Virus record (IMG/VR): IMGVR_UViG_3300042282_000085
Length of the DNA: 64,000 bases
Strand: one strand, 5' to 3'
From: a virus
Taxonomy: Duplodnaviria > Caudoviricetes
Shown: positions 1 to 11,800 of the stretch, in pieces
Position numbering within the stretch: position 1 is the first letter of the stretch
Layout: every line of letters begins with the position of its first letter
The notes under the pieces: generated by a model
The model's input: the letters and a program-made list of their open reading frames with translations, nothing else
The model's database searches: none
What the model was told of the DNA's origin: nothing
Made by a program: the position numbers and the translations under genes

Positions 1-2381
1 TCATCGGTGGTTAGCAGCTCAGCGGCCCGTAGAATAAGGGGGATGAATTCGGTTGGCTCCCCCATCTCAGTAAGCAACTCTAAGGTAATGGGGTCAATGA
101 ACATATCCAACATGAGGTCAAGCTCACGTAGAATGTGACGACCAATCCCCATAGACGCTAGGACCTCGCCGTAGACACCCTTGCGGTTAAAGTCCGACGC
201 AGGTAGGGTACTGGTGATCCCTTTTACCGCCCGTAGACCACTGAGTACCATGGCACCCTGAGCATGACGGGTATCGATAATCAGCGACTCATCTTGGAAT
301 CGAATACGTTCTTCGTAGGGCTCCATCGCAGGACGGGTAGTTTTATCAATCCAACGATGGGGGATCTTCAGTGCAGCGATTACCTTATCCAGCCCCATGA
401 GGTAGCCTAAGGCCAAAGCAACAGGTACCGCTTTACCGTAGACATTAATATCCGCAAACTCGATAGGTCCGTCTCCCCATGCAGGATTAACGACAGCGAC
501 AAGCGAGCCTATAGACTCTATAGCGGTATCGGTAACGAGATGGAGAATTCCATCCATGGACATGGCGAGCATGGCCTTTCTACGGTTTGTAGGTTGACCA
601 CAGGGGGTTAGGTTAGCCTGTACCGCTTTAACCGTAAGGGTCTCCCCATAGACCTCAACCCAATCACCCACCGTAAATCGAAAACGGTAGTCTCCACTGG
701 TAAACTCGGCGACTTCGCGGGCGACGGCTGTAAAGGGGCGTGGAAGGCGTTCTTGTGGAAGGGGCTTAGTGGTATAAACGATGTCGGTTACGGTTGTGTC
801 GTTTACATCCATGGCCGCTTTGGTAATCTTACTGAGCAGCCAGCGACTGTAGTTGTTAACCGCTTTGGGATTACGGGTTACGAAGATTTTACCGAAGTAC
901 GAGGCCAGGGATACTTTATCTGGGGCGACCTTTCGAATGGGTAGGTCAAACTTCTGGTGGTCCAGTTTGTACTGTACACCCGCAACCGTATAAATACCCT
1001 CTTCATTTACAACTGGCAATTTAAAGGTAAGCTTAGATGGCTTACCGGCGATCGGTACTAAATCTACGGTATAGACCTTATAGTGGTTAAGGGCATCGCT
1101 GCGCTCCTCAATCGCATAGTCTTTAACCAGAACGCCGGCGTTCTGAATCGAGACCACGGCAGCTGCGACATCTGCCTCTAATAGCTCTTGGACATAGCGG
1201 CGATCAAAGTCCTTTAGCGTAGAACGCAACATGGACTTATCCAGGACAGCGGGGCGTTCAGGTAAGTTCTCTTTACGGGAATCTATTTTAACAGCTTCGG
1301 GTTTAGAGGTAATCAGGTTTTCCAATGTACCCTCACCCACTGGATTGGGCAATGACTTGTATCGAACAGCCAGTTCACTTAAACGACGCTGCTCAGCGGC
1401 ACTGAGCATGCCATTACTACCCAGCCCTTCAACCTGACGGTTAACGTGGTCTTCCCCGATAACCTCAACACTACCTGGATACAGTCCTGAGGTCACCTCT
1501 AGAATGGATTCAGCAGGCGACTCATCCGCTTCCAGTACCTCTTCTTCAGACAGTTCCCGCTCGGGTACACTCTCTGCGGTATCCGTAACCGTACGGGTTT
1601 CCAATATACGGGCTAATGAAGAAAGCAGGTATTTGCGAACTTCTTTAGGTGACTCCAATCCCCAAGTTAGAAAGTCATTGATGTGTAAGAAAGAGACCTT
1701 ACCCGATTCAATCCAGGCAACCATAACGTCATGGTTAAGGGCATGTAGTGGATGTTCAGGGTCCTCTACGGCCAACCAGAGTTCACGGATGAAGAGACGA
1801 CTCAGGTCCATCCATCTTTCGTGTCGGGAGATCGGAATAGGGTTCGGCAACTGATTGAGTTCGGACAGAGTAGGTACCATCTCAGGCAGCGCCAGGGGTA
1901 CAATGTGTACGGTTTCTTCAGTACCGACTGACAGCTGTGCATAGAGGGTCGAGAGTCGGTTGCTGAGCTTATCCATCTCAACCGTACGGCTGACGGGGTA
2001 AAGGTATTGACCCTCAACCAGTGAATAATCAAAGGCGACTGCGGCTTTCATGTAACTTAGACTGCGATCTAAATCCCGACTGCGTGTAATCGGCGCCTGT
2101 GCCTGTTTAAAATATTGCCGTTTACTGGCTTCCAGCGGCACTGCCTTCTTACGGGGATTACCCGCTGTGGCTACCAGGTCCTCTACGTGATGTACAAAGA
2201 CCCGTCCAGTACCTACAATCAATGGATGGGTAGATGGAATCCCCGTCTCAGGCCCATCGATAAAGTGTAGAACACTGTGATAGGGCAGTGCGATGGTATT
2301 TGTATCGGCGATGGTGGGCGACATGAGCTGGGTGACTGTACGGGCACATAGGCTCCGTTTAAACTCGATATACCGAACCAT
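1..2381 (-). CDS. rpoB: Virion RNA polymerase beta subunit, N-terminal part (phiKZ gp178-like); runs off the window edge
   Basis: Not in the ORF track because no stop lies in the window. ATG at 2381 with GGAG RBS at 2387-2390. Hand translation gives MVRYIEFKRS...VLDKSMLRSTLKDFDRRYV...DLPIRKVAPDKVSLASYFGKIFVTR, which I recognise as gp178-type. It sits directly downstream of the beta' gene, as in phiKZ. Confidence 0.85.
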   Translation of the reverse strand, partial: MVRYIEFKRSLCARTVTQLMSPTIADTNTIALPYHSVLHFIDGPETGIPSTHPLIVGTGRVFVHHVEDLVATAGNPRKKAVPLEASKRQYFKQAQAPITRSRDLDRSLSYMKAAVAFDYSLVEGQYLYPVSRTVEMDKLSNRLSTLYAQLSVGTEETVHIVPLALPEMVPTLSELNQLPNPIPISRHERWMDLSRLFIRELWLAVEDPEHPLHALNHDVMVAWIESGKVSFLHINDFLTWGLESPKEVRKYLLSSLARILETRTVTDTAESVPERELSEEEVLEADESPAESILEVTSGLYPGSVEVIGEDHVNRQVEGLGSNGMLSAAEQRRLSELAVRYKSLPNPVGEGTLENLITSKPEAVKIDSRKENLPERPAVLDKSMLRSTLKDFDRRYVQELLEADVAAAVVSIQNAGVLVKDYAIEERSDALNHYKVYTVDLVPIAGKPSKLTFKLPVVNEEGIYTVAGVQYKLDHQKFDLPIRKVAPDKVSLASYFGKIFVTRNPKAVNNYSRWLLSKITKAAMDVNDTTVTDIVYTTKPLPQERLPRPFTAVAREVAEFTSGDYRFRFTVGDWVEVYGETLTVKAVQANLTPCGQPTNRRKAMLAMSMDGILHLVTDTAIESIGSLVAVVNPAWGDGPIEFADINVYGKAVPVALALGYLMGLDKVIAALKIPHRWIDKTTRPAMEPYEERIRFQDESLIIDTRHAQGAMVLSGLRAVKGITSTLPASDFNRKGVYGEVLASMGIGRHILRELDLMLDMFIDPITLELLTEMGEPTEFIPLILRAAELLTTD

Positions 2382-2390
2382 AGTAACTCC

Positions 2391-2552
2391 TTACTTAAAT
2401 CCAGTGAAGCTACGCAATACGCGTTCAATGGTTTCTATGTTTGATCCGTTCGCTAAAGACCCAGAGGCATCGACGTAGTTCTCAACTGAGTTAAGCTTAG
2501 CGTCAATTTCAGCCACCGCATCCTCTGCAAACACAAAATGTGTGGAAACTCT
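2391..2552 (-). CDS. rpoC: Exon 2 of virion RNAP beta' subunit (gp180-like), 53 aa
   Basis: In-frame RVSTHFVFAEDAVAEIDAKLNSVENYVDASG...SFTGFK* follows the intron terminal G at 2553. Joining to exon 1 gives DYDGD-RVSTHFVF and a 542-aa protein. Confidence 0.82.
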   Translation of the reverse strand, partial: RVSTHFVFAEDAVAEIDAKLNSVENYVDASGSLANGSNIETIERVLRSFTGFK

Positions 2553-4252
2553 CGTTTCATTCAGTTTGGACGCTACGCCAAACCCGCACCCTTACGTGCC
2601 GCCCTAGGCTTTCCCTAGGATACTAGACCATATCTTCACCCTCCGTTGTCTAGAGGGGTCACCTATTTCGATTTAAGGGATATACCCGCCCGCTTGGGCC
2701 CTACTCCGCGCTACCGGATGGTCGTTGAACGTTCTTCCTAGCTTGCTTCACAGCAATCCGTAGAAGCTTCGCTGCTGATTGCCCATTCTTTATCGGGTTA
2801 GGCTTACGATCACCATACCGAATCCTGTCTATTTTCTCTAGCTTTCGCTCGCACTCACATTTGACCTTTCGGTCTATGTTGTTGCTAGACAGGCTTTAGG
2901 GGTTCCCAGCAATTAAGGTGAGATCAGACTGAGCGTTACCGCCCAGCTGGACAATAGTTATAGTTTATATGTTACAGTATAAGGACCAAATTCTACACGA
3001 CCCAACTCGTTTAGCTCTTTGGTTATCCTAGCCCTAGCCGTGGTATTTAGATAATTACACGCCGCGCGCATAGAGCCTTTAAATACAACCGACTCATCAT
3101 TACGATTTGAAACCACAACCTGTTTAACAGATGGGCATTTTTCGACATTTAGATCGGTTATTGGGACTAGGCTAAAAATAAAGCCATTTATAGGTTTTGG
3201 CTTGGATCTTCTGGTTGCCCGCATTATTGACTTTGTTGGTGCGGCGGTGTCCGCACTAGCGTCCGCGACTGTAGGCCACTTATACGGAACGTTTGACTCC
3301 AAATGCACGCCGTACACGGATCCGTCGCCTTGGTCAACCCCATCAATCCAAAATCTATAACCGTCATACACCTTACCCTTGCCCTGGTTTATCCGCCAAC
3401 GGACAGTCTCGCCACTGTATAGACCTAGGTACTCTGCACACCGGTGCATGCTAGGAAATCTCAATTGCTCTCCAGTGACTACGTTCTCTATGACTATCTG
3501 CTTAGCTTGCACCCTTAGACCTTTATCTGTAGCATGTCTACAGTTTTCTGACCTGGTACAGAATTCTAAGTTCGAAAGGTTGTCGTTACCGGGTACGCCG
3601 TCTATGTGGTTTACGTCTAACTTGTCCACGTTATCGGGGTAATTAAGAAAGGTATACGCTAGTGCTCGATGGCGTTTAACCCTAGTACTGCCACCGTCAC
3701 CTGCTAGGACGCAGCACCAATAGCCGCCAGTGGTATTTCGCCATTTATTAGCCAGCTGCATGTCCTGGACCCATTTAATGGGTCGTCCGGTAATACTGTT
3801 TAACAGGTCACCGTCCTTATTTATAACGTATCGGGTAACCATAGGTACGTGGTAAAATCCTGGAAACCTTTTAGACTCGATAGGTCCATCTTTAAACCTA
3901 TATCCTAGGTTACTCGGGTGTAGATTGCCGTTATCACCAATTGTGCTAAAGGGCACAATTGCAGGTATAACGTCATCTACTGGACGTTTAAAAGCCAGAA
4001 TAACGAGTTTTGCCACAAGTGTCTCTGATGTCCCGTAACCTAAATCAATATCGACAATAGAGTTACCCGAGCCATCTAGTCGTTTATCTAGCTTAGTCCC
4101 GTTCGCATCTAGAACCAAACCTTCTTTATTCACATATACACGGTTATTGTTGGGCCCGCGTACTTCTACAAAACCTTCTATGTCCTTATACTTGTAAAAC
4201 ATATTACACCATATTGTAGTTTACTTATACAATATGATGGTTATAACTTTTT
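2553..4252 (-). mobile_element. Group I self-splicing intron (~1700 nt) with a homing endonuclease ORF
   Basis: Minus-strand core elements: P AAUUGCUGGGAACC (2901-2914), Q GGGCAAUCAGCAGC (2771-2784), R GUUCAACGACCAUCC (2716-2730), S AAGAUAUGGUCUA (2624-2636). P7 GACCA/UGGUC and P3 UCACCU/AGGUGA pair. The 5' exon ends in U and the intron ends in G. Confidence 0.92.
2958..4202 (-). CDS. Intron-encoded HNH homing endonuclease
   Basis: HRALAYTFL...DVNHIDGVPGNDNLSNLEFCTRSENCRHA is an HNH motif, followed by NUMOD1-like C-terminal segments. The ORF lies inside the intron, 5' of the catalytic core. Confidence 0.92.
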   Translation of the reverse strand: MFYKYKDIEGFVEVRGPNNNRVYVNKEGLVLDANGTKLDKRLDGSGNSIVDIDLGYGTSETLVAKLVILAFKRPVDDVIPAIVPFSTIGDNGNLHPSNLGYRFKDGPIESKRFPGFYHVPMVTRYVINKDGDLLNSITGRPIKWVQDMQLANKWRNTTGGYWCCVLAGDGGSTRVKRHRALAYTFLNYPDNVDKLDVNHIDGVPGNDNLSNLEFCTRSENCRHATDKGLRVQAKQIVIENVVTGEQLRFPSMHRCAEYLGLYSGETVRWRINQGKGKVYDGYRFWIDGVDQGDGSVYGVHLESNVPYKWPTVADASADTAAPTKSIMRATRRSKPKPINGFIFSLVPITDLNVEKCPSVKQVVVSNRNDESVVFKGSMRAACNYLNTTARARITKELNELGRVEFGPYTVTYKL

Positions 4253-5719
4253 ATCGCCATCGTAGTCAGCCCCAAGGCCGACTAACGCAAATGGACTTAC
4301 GATCGTAGTTGAGATAAACTCGCTTTTACCGACAGTGTTTGGAAACTCAGGGTACACCTGTCCTTCTGATTCCAACTCCCAACTTTCATTATAAGTGTGT
4401 AGAATGTGTGAGGTTACGGTAGAGCGCAAGTACACCGTAGAGGGATACGTAGAACCCTGACCTGTAACTGGGTATCGGGTAATGTAGCAGCGCACGCGAT
4501 GTACGTACTGCTGGGCCTCAATGTAGAAATACTCCGCCCAGGTTAGAGGACGTACTGTAGAGGCATCCTTATCCTCGGGTAACTCAGCGATTGAGTCCAA
4601 TAGCTTGAAGCCTTTCTCATCCTGATAGACGAGTTTAAGGTAATGGTCGCTTACCATAATGGGTCGATGACGGCGTTCGACCTCACTGAAGGCTTTAATT
4701 AGCTTAGCTCGACCGGCCTCTGTAGCCCAACTCACACGCTCCGACTCATCTAACTTCACCCGGTGAGAGGTAAGGGTTTTAGGGTCAATGAGGTAGGGCT
4801 CATAATCGGCCTCTGCAATCAGGTTCCGTGCAATGCCATTAGGCATTTGAAAGCCGGTCATAACCGGTTCGGTGCCTTTAATGAACTGATAGATTCCCAC
4901 CTGTGTCGTCGTCAGGTCAAAGCTACGCGGTCCGTCCAAATCTGAACCCGCTGGATCCATAGCCGAAATTACGTTGGCTGTAGCAAAGGCAACTCGACGA
5001 GATCCCCATTTAGACTGTAGGAAGCCCTGTTTACCACCTAACATCCCCATGATAATCGTCCAAATCTGCTGAACGGAGGATTGGATAGACCAGCGCGTCG
5101 CATTGAGCACGGGGTCGTTCTTAAAGGCGAGGGCTTCTGAAATTCCGTTGGTAGCGGCAATCACCTTACGGTAGAGTTTATTGATCTCCTGCTCAACCGG
5201 ACGATCTTGCTCATCAATGTCCAGATCCCGAAGGCCTGCAGGCATGACGATTAAAAAGTTAAGGACAGACCTGTCTCTGTACTTATTAATGAGGTCAATG
5301 ACGATATCACGACGATAGGACTTCGTGCGGGGAATCTCGATCTCTTTAAAGTGCTTCATGAAGAAGGCATAGCCAGTTTCACCTTCGAGTACGTCTGACC
5401 GTACGAAGTCTTTTAGCTCAGCGTCCCAGATCGCATAGGCACGGCCTTGCATAATGTCTTTATACAGGCTCTTTAACCGGGTGATGTCTTCAAAGACCTT
5501 AGGGTGGAGAACTTGAGTCCGTAAGTTAATATACCCATGGCGGGTCATACGGCTATCACTACCGACAGGGCCAAAGATTAGATCAGAGTAGAGTCCTGTA
5601 GGATGGAACTCTCGACCCTGCACAAACATCTCTAATGACTTAACGGGTAAGAGACCCGCAATGCGTTGGAGACGATTTTCTAGCAGGGCAATGTTGAAAG
5701 GTTTACTTCTATTGGACAT
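4253..5719 (-). CDS. rpoC: Exon 1 of virion RNAP beta' subunit (phiKZ gp180-like)
   Basis: beta' motifs GLYSDLIFG, MPAGLRD, GKQGFLQSKW, RYP and catalytic GADYDGD. The unspliced ORF (4241..5719) stops three codons after DYDGD. Confidence 0.92.
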
Positions 5720-5832
5720 ACGGAGGTCCCTATGTGAGGTGAATCAAATCATTCCCTAAGTCAATAAACCACTATAGTGGACAGCGGTTGAATCATCTGA
5801 CAAGTGGTCAGTGACCTAAAAGGAGGTACTCT

Positions 5833-8800
5833 ATGGCCAAGTATGACGATGATGTTGATTTTGACATCGATGCCTTGGACGATCTCGATGTACCTGACAT
5901 CGACATAATGCCAGACGACAGTGCGGCAGCAGATAACCGCACGCCCGCCACGCGTGTGGCGGACGGGGCACTCAAATCAGTATTACGTACCAGTACAGCC
6001 CGTACCGCAGCCCGTGCAATTAAAGAGAATGCACTGCCGGAAGGCTATAGCATGGCCATTGATGCCGCGGATGACGCGCTGTCCTTAGGCCAGGATCTAT
6101 ATGATGCGGCAGCCAAAGAACTTGAGCCTGCGGTCAAAGCGGCTCAGAAAATGCTCCGTAAAAGCCAGGAAAAGGCGGATAAATATCTACCTAAATGGCT
6201 GGCGGATACGGTTAAGAAGCTGGGTGGTGAGGCCGAAGAGGCGAGGCAGTACGTAGACCCCAATGAGTCTGCGATAGCCGGTAGCCTGGGCTCTATCTTT
6301 GATAAGTACCGTGAAGCGACTGCCCAGACAGCCGCAACAGAGGCTAACCTGACACTGGAAGATAAGCAGCGTTCTGTTGACCGTAAAATTGCGATTGAGC
6401 AGGGCGACCGTCAGTACAATCAGCTTACCTCTATCAGTGAAGGTATCAGTAAACTGGTAGGGTATCAAGAATCGGTACTCTTTGACTACCAACGTAAGAG
6501 TCTGGAACTGCAGCACCGTCAGTATTTCGCAGCCCGTGACCTGTTAACGGTTACAAAAGCGATGGCGGATCAGAACTTACACGAACTCAAAGCGGTGGTT
6601 AAGAACACCGGTCTACCCGAGGCGGTTAAGTTACGGCTCTCCGAGCAATACGGTCAGGTTGCGACCAATCAGCTCATTGGTCGGGTGCAAGGCAGTGTGC
6701 ATGACTTTGTTGCGAACTACACCTCTGAGTTTCGAGAACGTGCCTTCAAGAAGATTACAGGCGCAGCCCGTGATCTTAAAGATGGTGTCCTCATGGGTGC
6801 CGACATGTACGAACAGATGTCGGAGATGGGTGAGACCATGGATGAGGCAGGTATTGACCGTGCCCGGATGGCTGGCGAGCAGTTAGGTGCCATGGGTACG
6901 TCCGCAGCCTTTAAATATGGTGCTAGGTTAGCGGGTGACCGTCTCGTTACACGCAATAAGTACCAGGAGCGTAGTCGTCTAATAAAACTACTGGATCCCG
7001 ATAACCGACTCTCTTCTCGTGCGGCTAAAGCACTAGAGGCCCGCATTCAGCAATATGAGGCTTCCGGTGAGCCTTTGGATCTACAGGCTTTGACGGATAA
7101 AGAGAGTTATGAGGATAAGCGGGTCGGTGAAGAGATTGCGGAAACGATCAGCACCAGTTCAGGTCTCTTCGGTGGACGCAAACGTAAAATCAATGCGCAG
7201 TTTAAACGCGTACTGAATGCCAGTGAAACGGTAGAGCGTGGTCGCTTCCTACGGGGCGCTGACACCATGCAGTACTTGATAGAGAATGCCCCTAAGGTGG
7301 CAAACGACTGGGCCCGTTCGGGGCGCAGTGTATTCGATAACGTGGAGGTAGAGAATGAAACCCTACAGCGATTACTGGAATCTGGCGGCGTACAAGCCGT
7401 GGAAGACTTCATACGAGAACTGGCGCCTACGTTCAAGGAGTCCTTCAGCGTTAATTCAAACCTGCATGCTGATGCAGCTAATGCCGTTGGCTTTGATCTG
7501 CTTACCCGTCGTTCAATCATTGAGATTATACCAGGCTATCTCTCCCGTATCCTCCAACAAGTAACAACAGTTGCCACAGGGGAATCAGCGGAGCGGATTA
7601 CCTACTCAACTGAACGGGAACAGTTTGTCAGTCAATCGACTCAGGATAACATTGTTGCCAGCCGACTATTTGATCAGCGCAATGTAGATAACCGGTTAAA
7701 TGATGCAGATGCTGTTACGAAGTTGTTAGGGGGTGAAAACCTTGACGATGACGTTAAGGCCGCGCTGAATAGAAGAATCCTCCAGTTAAGGGATGATGGT
7801 AGTACACTCTCACTGAACAATTTGCGTAAAACTTCAGTGGCCGGTGAGGATGAAGGACTAACCGCAGCATTGGAAACGTTCTTAGACTCGGAGGATATTA
7901 ACTTCGACTCTGAGAATAAGATCAAGCTCTCCAGACTTTATGACCGTATTACCGCGATGACACGGGACGTTAACCAAGGACTGGCGGATACAAACAAGGT
8001 TGCGGATAAGGAGACGCTGTACCGCTTGGGTATAGTAGATCCCAAAACCGGTAAGGTTAATGCGGAGAAGGTTAGAGCCTACATCGACGGAAGACTTAGA
8101 CCAGGGGAAGGGGGAGAGGGGCCTGCACCGTCAGCCGACCCCAGTCCATTACCTGCACCAGGTCCAGATACAGCGCCTATAGTGGGTGACACGCTCACGC
8201 ACGAGTATTTGGATCTTATCCTAGACGCTATTACTAGCGGTAATAGTGGCACGCTAACGGCGATAGAGGGCATTCAGTTTGATGCAGCCGACATCGGTAC
8301 CCACGAGCGGTTAGATACAATAGCCAGTACACTCTCAGAGGGCTTTGAGGGTACCTATGGTAGGTTAGACGCTATTACTAATAAGGCGGGCGAGACCGGT
8401 ACCTTTAGTAACACGGTTAACTACAACACCACTAGTACAGTGAATTGGGATGACTTCACGCCACAGCGTAAATTGTTGGTGGAAGAATTGTTCAGTCAGT
8501 TCACCACGCTGACCTCAACCTATGACGGTATACCTATCGCTGTAGATTTGCGCTCTGAGGCACCCCAGGGTACATTGGACGCCTCACCTACTCATGAGCG
8601 TTTAGACGCCATCTTAGACGCCATCAATGGCAATTTTGAAACCAACCATGTACTCTTACAGGCCGTTGCTGAAAATGCAGGTCGTGGGGGTGAGGGTGGC
8701 GACACTGTATCGGTGGAAGAGATGGGGTCTGGGTTACTGGGCAAACTGCGCTCTGGTGCAGGTAGCTTAGTAGGGATGCTGGGTAGCTACTACAGTTGGT

Positions 8801-11800
8801 TAGGTCGTACGTCTTTGAAGACCGTCCAGACGGCTAAAGATGTTGCTTTGGACGTGGGGAATCGGGTACTGAAGCGTACAGGTGCAACCGGTGTACGGGA
8901 TATCTACGTTAAAGGGAAGCCGGGCGTTGTTATCTCCGCAAAAGGACTGCGTAACGGCTGGTACTTCGATGCTGAAACCAAAGCCCCCATCGCTACTATG
9001 GAGGACATTCAGGGCCCCGTGGTAGATCTGGATGGCAATTTTGTACTCACCCAGGAAGACTATGACTTAGGGATTGAGGACCGCTTCGGCAATACCTTAA
9101 TAGAAGCCGGTAAGGGATTGATGCGGGGACTGGGTAGCATTTACGGCGCACAGTTTGCACTTATGGGCGCTGTACTAAAGGCACCCATGGCTGTAGTGCA
9201 GAAGGTGAAGGATCGCTTCGACGGGGTTAAAGATGTCTATGTAAAGGGTGAAGGCACACCGCGTATGCGTGCACTGCTCATGCGCAATGGCGGCTACATC
9301 TCCAGTCGGAGTCAGAAAGTCATCACACACCAAGGGCAAATTGACGGCGAAGTCTTAGACTCTAAGGGGAACATCGTTATTTCCTTGGACGATATTGAGA
9401 CGGGACTCGTTGACCGGTGGGGCATTAGCATTGAGGCTAAGGGACTCAGTGGGTTACTGGGTGGCCTGGCGGGGCGTGGCCTTGAACTAGGCGGTAAATT
9501 GCTAGGGAAAGGCGCTAAGCTGTACGGTCAATACCTGAAGGGTGTCGGCAAAGCTACCGCCGGTATAGCGGGTGGTATCTGGGGTGTTGCTAAGGAAGGC
9601 GGTCGACGCCTAGCCGGTGGCGGTGGCATGTCGCGTGAAGAGATGATGGCGATGTTTCGGGAGATGCAAGGGGGCGGTGCCCCTGAGCTGGACCCCAGTG
9701 AACGTGAAACCTTGTCACTCTGGCAGAAGCTGAAGGATCAGAACCTTACCCCTGATATGTTAAAGTCCATGGATTTGGATGAACTTAAAGCCCGCATACC
9801 CGATCTAAACATGGATGCGTTAAACGTAGGATCCATGGAAGAGCTCACGGCTAAACTCTCTGAGGTAGGGGAGTCTGTCCGACAGGCACTGACCGGTAAC
9901 CAGATGGACATTGGTAGTCGTAAACTACTGCCGGTGTTGATTGAACAGTTAAACGTTCAACAGGGTATCTACCGCCATCTGACGGGCGAGAGTTGGTCTA
10001 GTTCCGGTACTGACATTATCCGAGACAGCTATGACGACATTCTCGCTAACGATGATAATGTTAGTGGTTTGAAGGATACAGTTGCTAAAGTCACCGATAA
10101 CTTCGCCCGTGAAGTCGGTAAGGAAGACGACGAAGAAGGTCACCGTGCAGGGAGCTGGCGAGATCAGCGATCTCAGTTAACCCCTGAAGAAGTCAAGGTT
10201 AAGGAAGAGGAAAAGAAAGAAGAGAAGGAAGAAAAGAACTCTTGGCTTATGGACATCATTGGTTCGCTCGGTGGACTGTTCATGAGCGGCATTGGTGCGC
10301 TGGGTGATAAACTCATGATAGCGATGGGCATTAAGTCCGCCGCCAGTACAGCCGGTGACGTACTGGACGGTGTAGATGCCTTAGGTAACGCCAGAGGTAC
10401 GCCTCCGGGGGGTAGGAAACCAGGTTTACTTGGTAAGTCTTGGAACCTACTAAAACGAGGGGCTAAGGGTGCAGGTGGGCTGCTTAAACGCGGTGCACTT
10501 GCGGCTGCGCCATTACTAGCGTCGTCTAAGGTGGGTGCTGCCGTACTCGCAGGTGGAGCTAAGCTTGCATCTGGTGCCGCTGCGATTGGCGGTGCCATTG
10601 CGGCAGCGCCTGTAGGATTGATTATTGGAGGTGCAGTCGCGGTAGGCGCTGCAGCCTATGGTGGGTATAAACTCTGGAGCCATTTCAGGGACAATGCCTC
10701 ACTAGAACCATTGGAAGCCTTGCGCTTCATGCAGTACGGCATTGACACAACTGATCAAGAGTTCATCGCACATGTCCGTCGTATTGAGCGTGAGTTCATT
10801 GACGACATCAGCTGGGAAGGGATGCGGGCTACCTTTAAAGGTGACCAAGTTGAATATTTCCATGAGTTCGGTGAAGACATGGGGATGGACCTCAACAACA
10901 TGAATGATGCTACGGAGTGGCAGACTTGGTTTGTGAAACGCTTTGGTCCTATACTCTTAACACACCTGACCGTCTTGAAAAAGATTGATGAGGATGTGGA
11001 TGTCACGGATGTAGACGATGAGTTGGACCCTAAGTACCATGCGGACTATATTAAGCGTGTTCAGATTACCGCTGACGATGTCGCCAATGGCTTCAATCCG
11101 TACGAGTGGGTAGCCTCACCCTTTAAAGGCCATGAAGTACGCAACATGGTTGAGGAGATCTCAGAGTACACCGAGGTGCTACTGAAGGCGGCTGAAGCGG
11201 GTAACGTGGAAGACGTGGAGGTTGACTCTAAAGGTACCTTCAGTACCTTAGTTGAAGGAGCTAAGAAAGTCTACGGTGCCGTTGCTAAGGTAGTACCTGG
11301 TGTTGCGTTGATGGGTAGGGTCGCCAGCGGTGTCCATAGTGCGGTCAGTACGGTTGCTGATACGGTACGTGAGAAAGGCGTACTCGGTGCCGCTAAGGCA
11401 GGTATTACTGCGGTGGCGGGATCCATACCGTTCATTGGGGGTTTCTTTAAAAAGGATGAAGAAGAGGAAACTCAAACTAGCGGTAAACTGGCACCAAATG
11501 CTAAGTGGACATTGTTGCGGATGATGATGTACGGTCTGGGTAAGGATGCCAACCCGGAGGCGATTAAAGCCGTTATGGCGTTGGAGCGTAAGTTAGGGAA
11601 AGACACTGCGTCTATACGCAGCAGTGGCGAGTTGAAGGTTGATCGGTTTAAGCTCTATAAGGAAGTCGCAGCGAGCTTTAACCGTGACCCGAAGGACCGG
11701 AATAGTCAGCTAGTATGGATACAGTGGTTAACCGATCGATTTGCCCCCGCCTTCACCCGTTATATCCATTCTCTACATGCCGCCACAGGTGATGATCGTC

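Noticed and set aside
753-2478. Short ORF-track entries at the window start
   Set aside because: They are shadows of the long minus-strand RNAP beta frame and beta' exon 2.
4241-4252. beta' ending in KKL*, or an intein or frameshift explanation
   Set aside because: The group I core and the in-frame exon 2 explain the break; there are no intein motifs.
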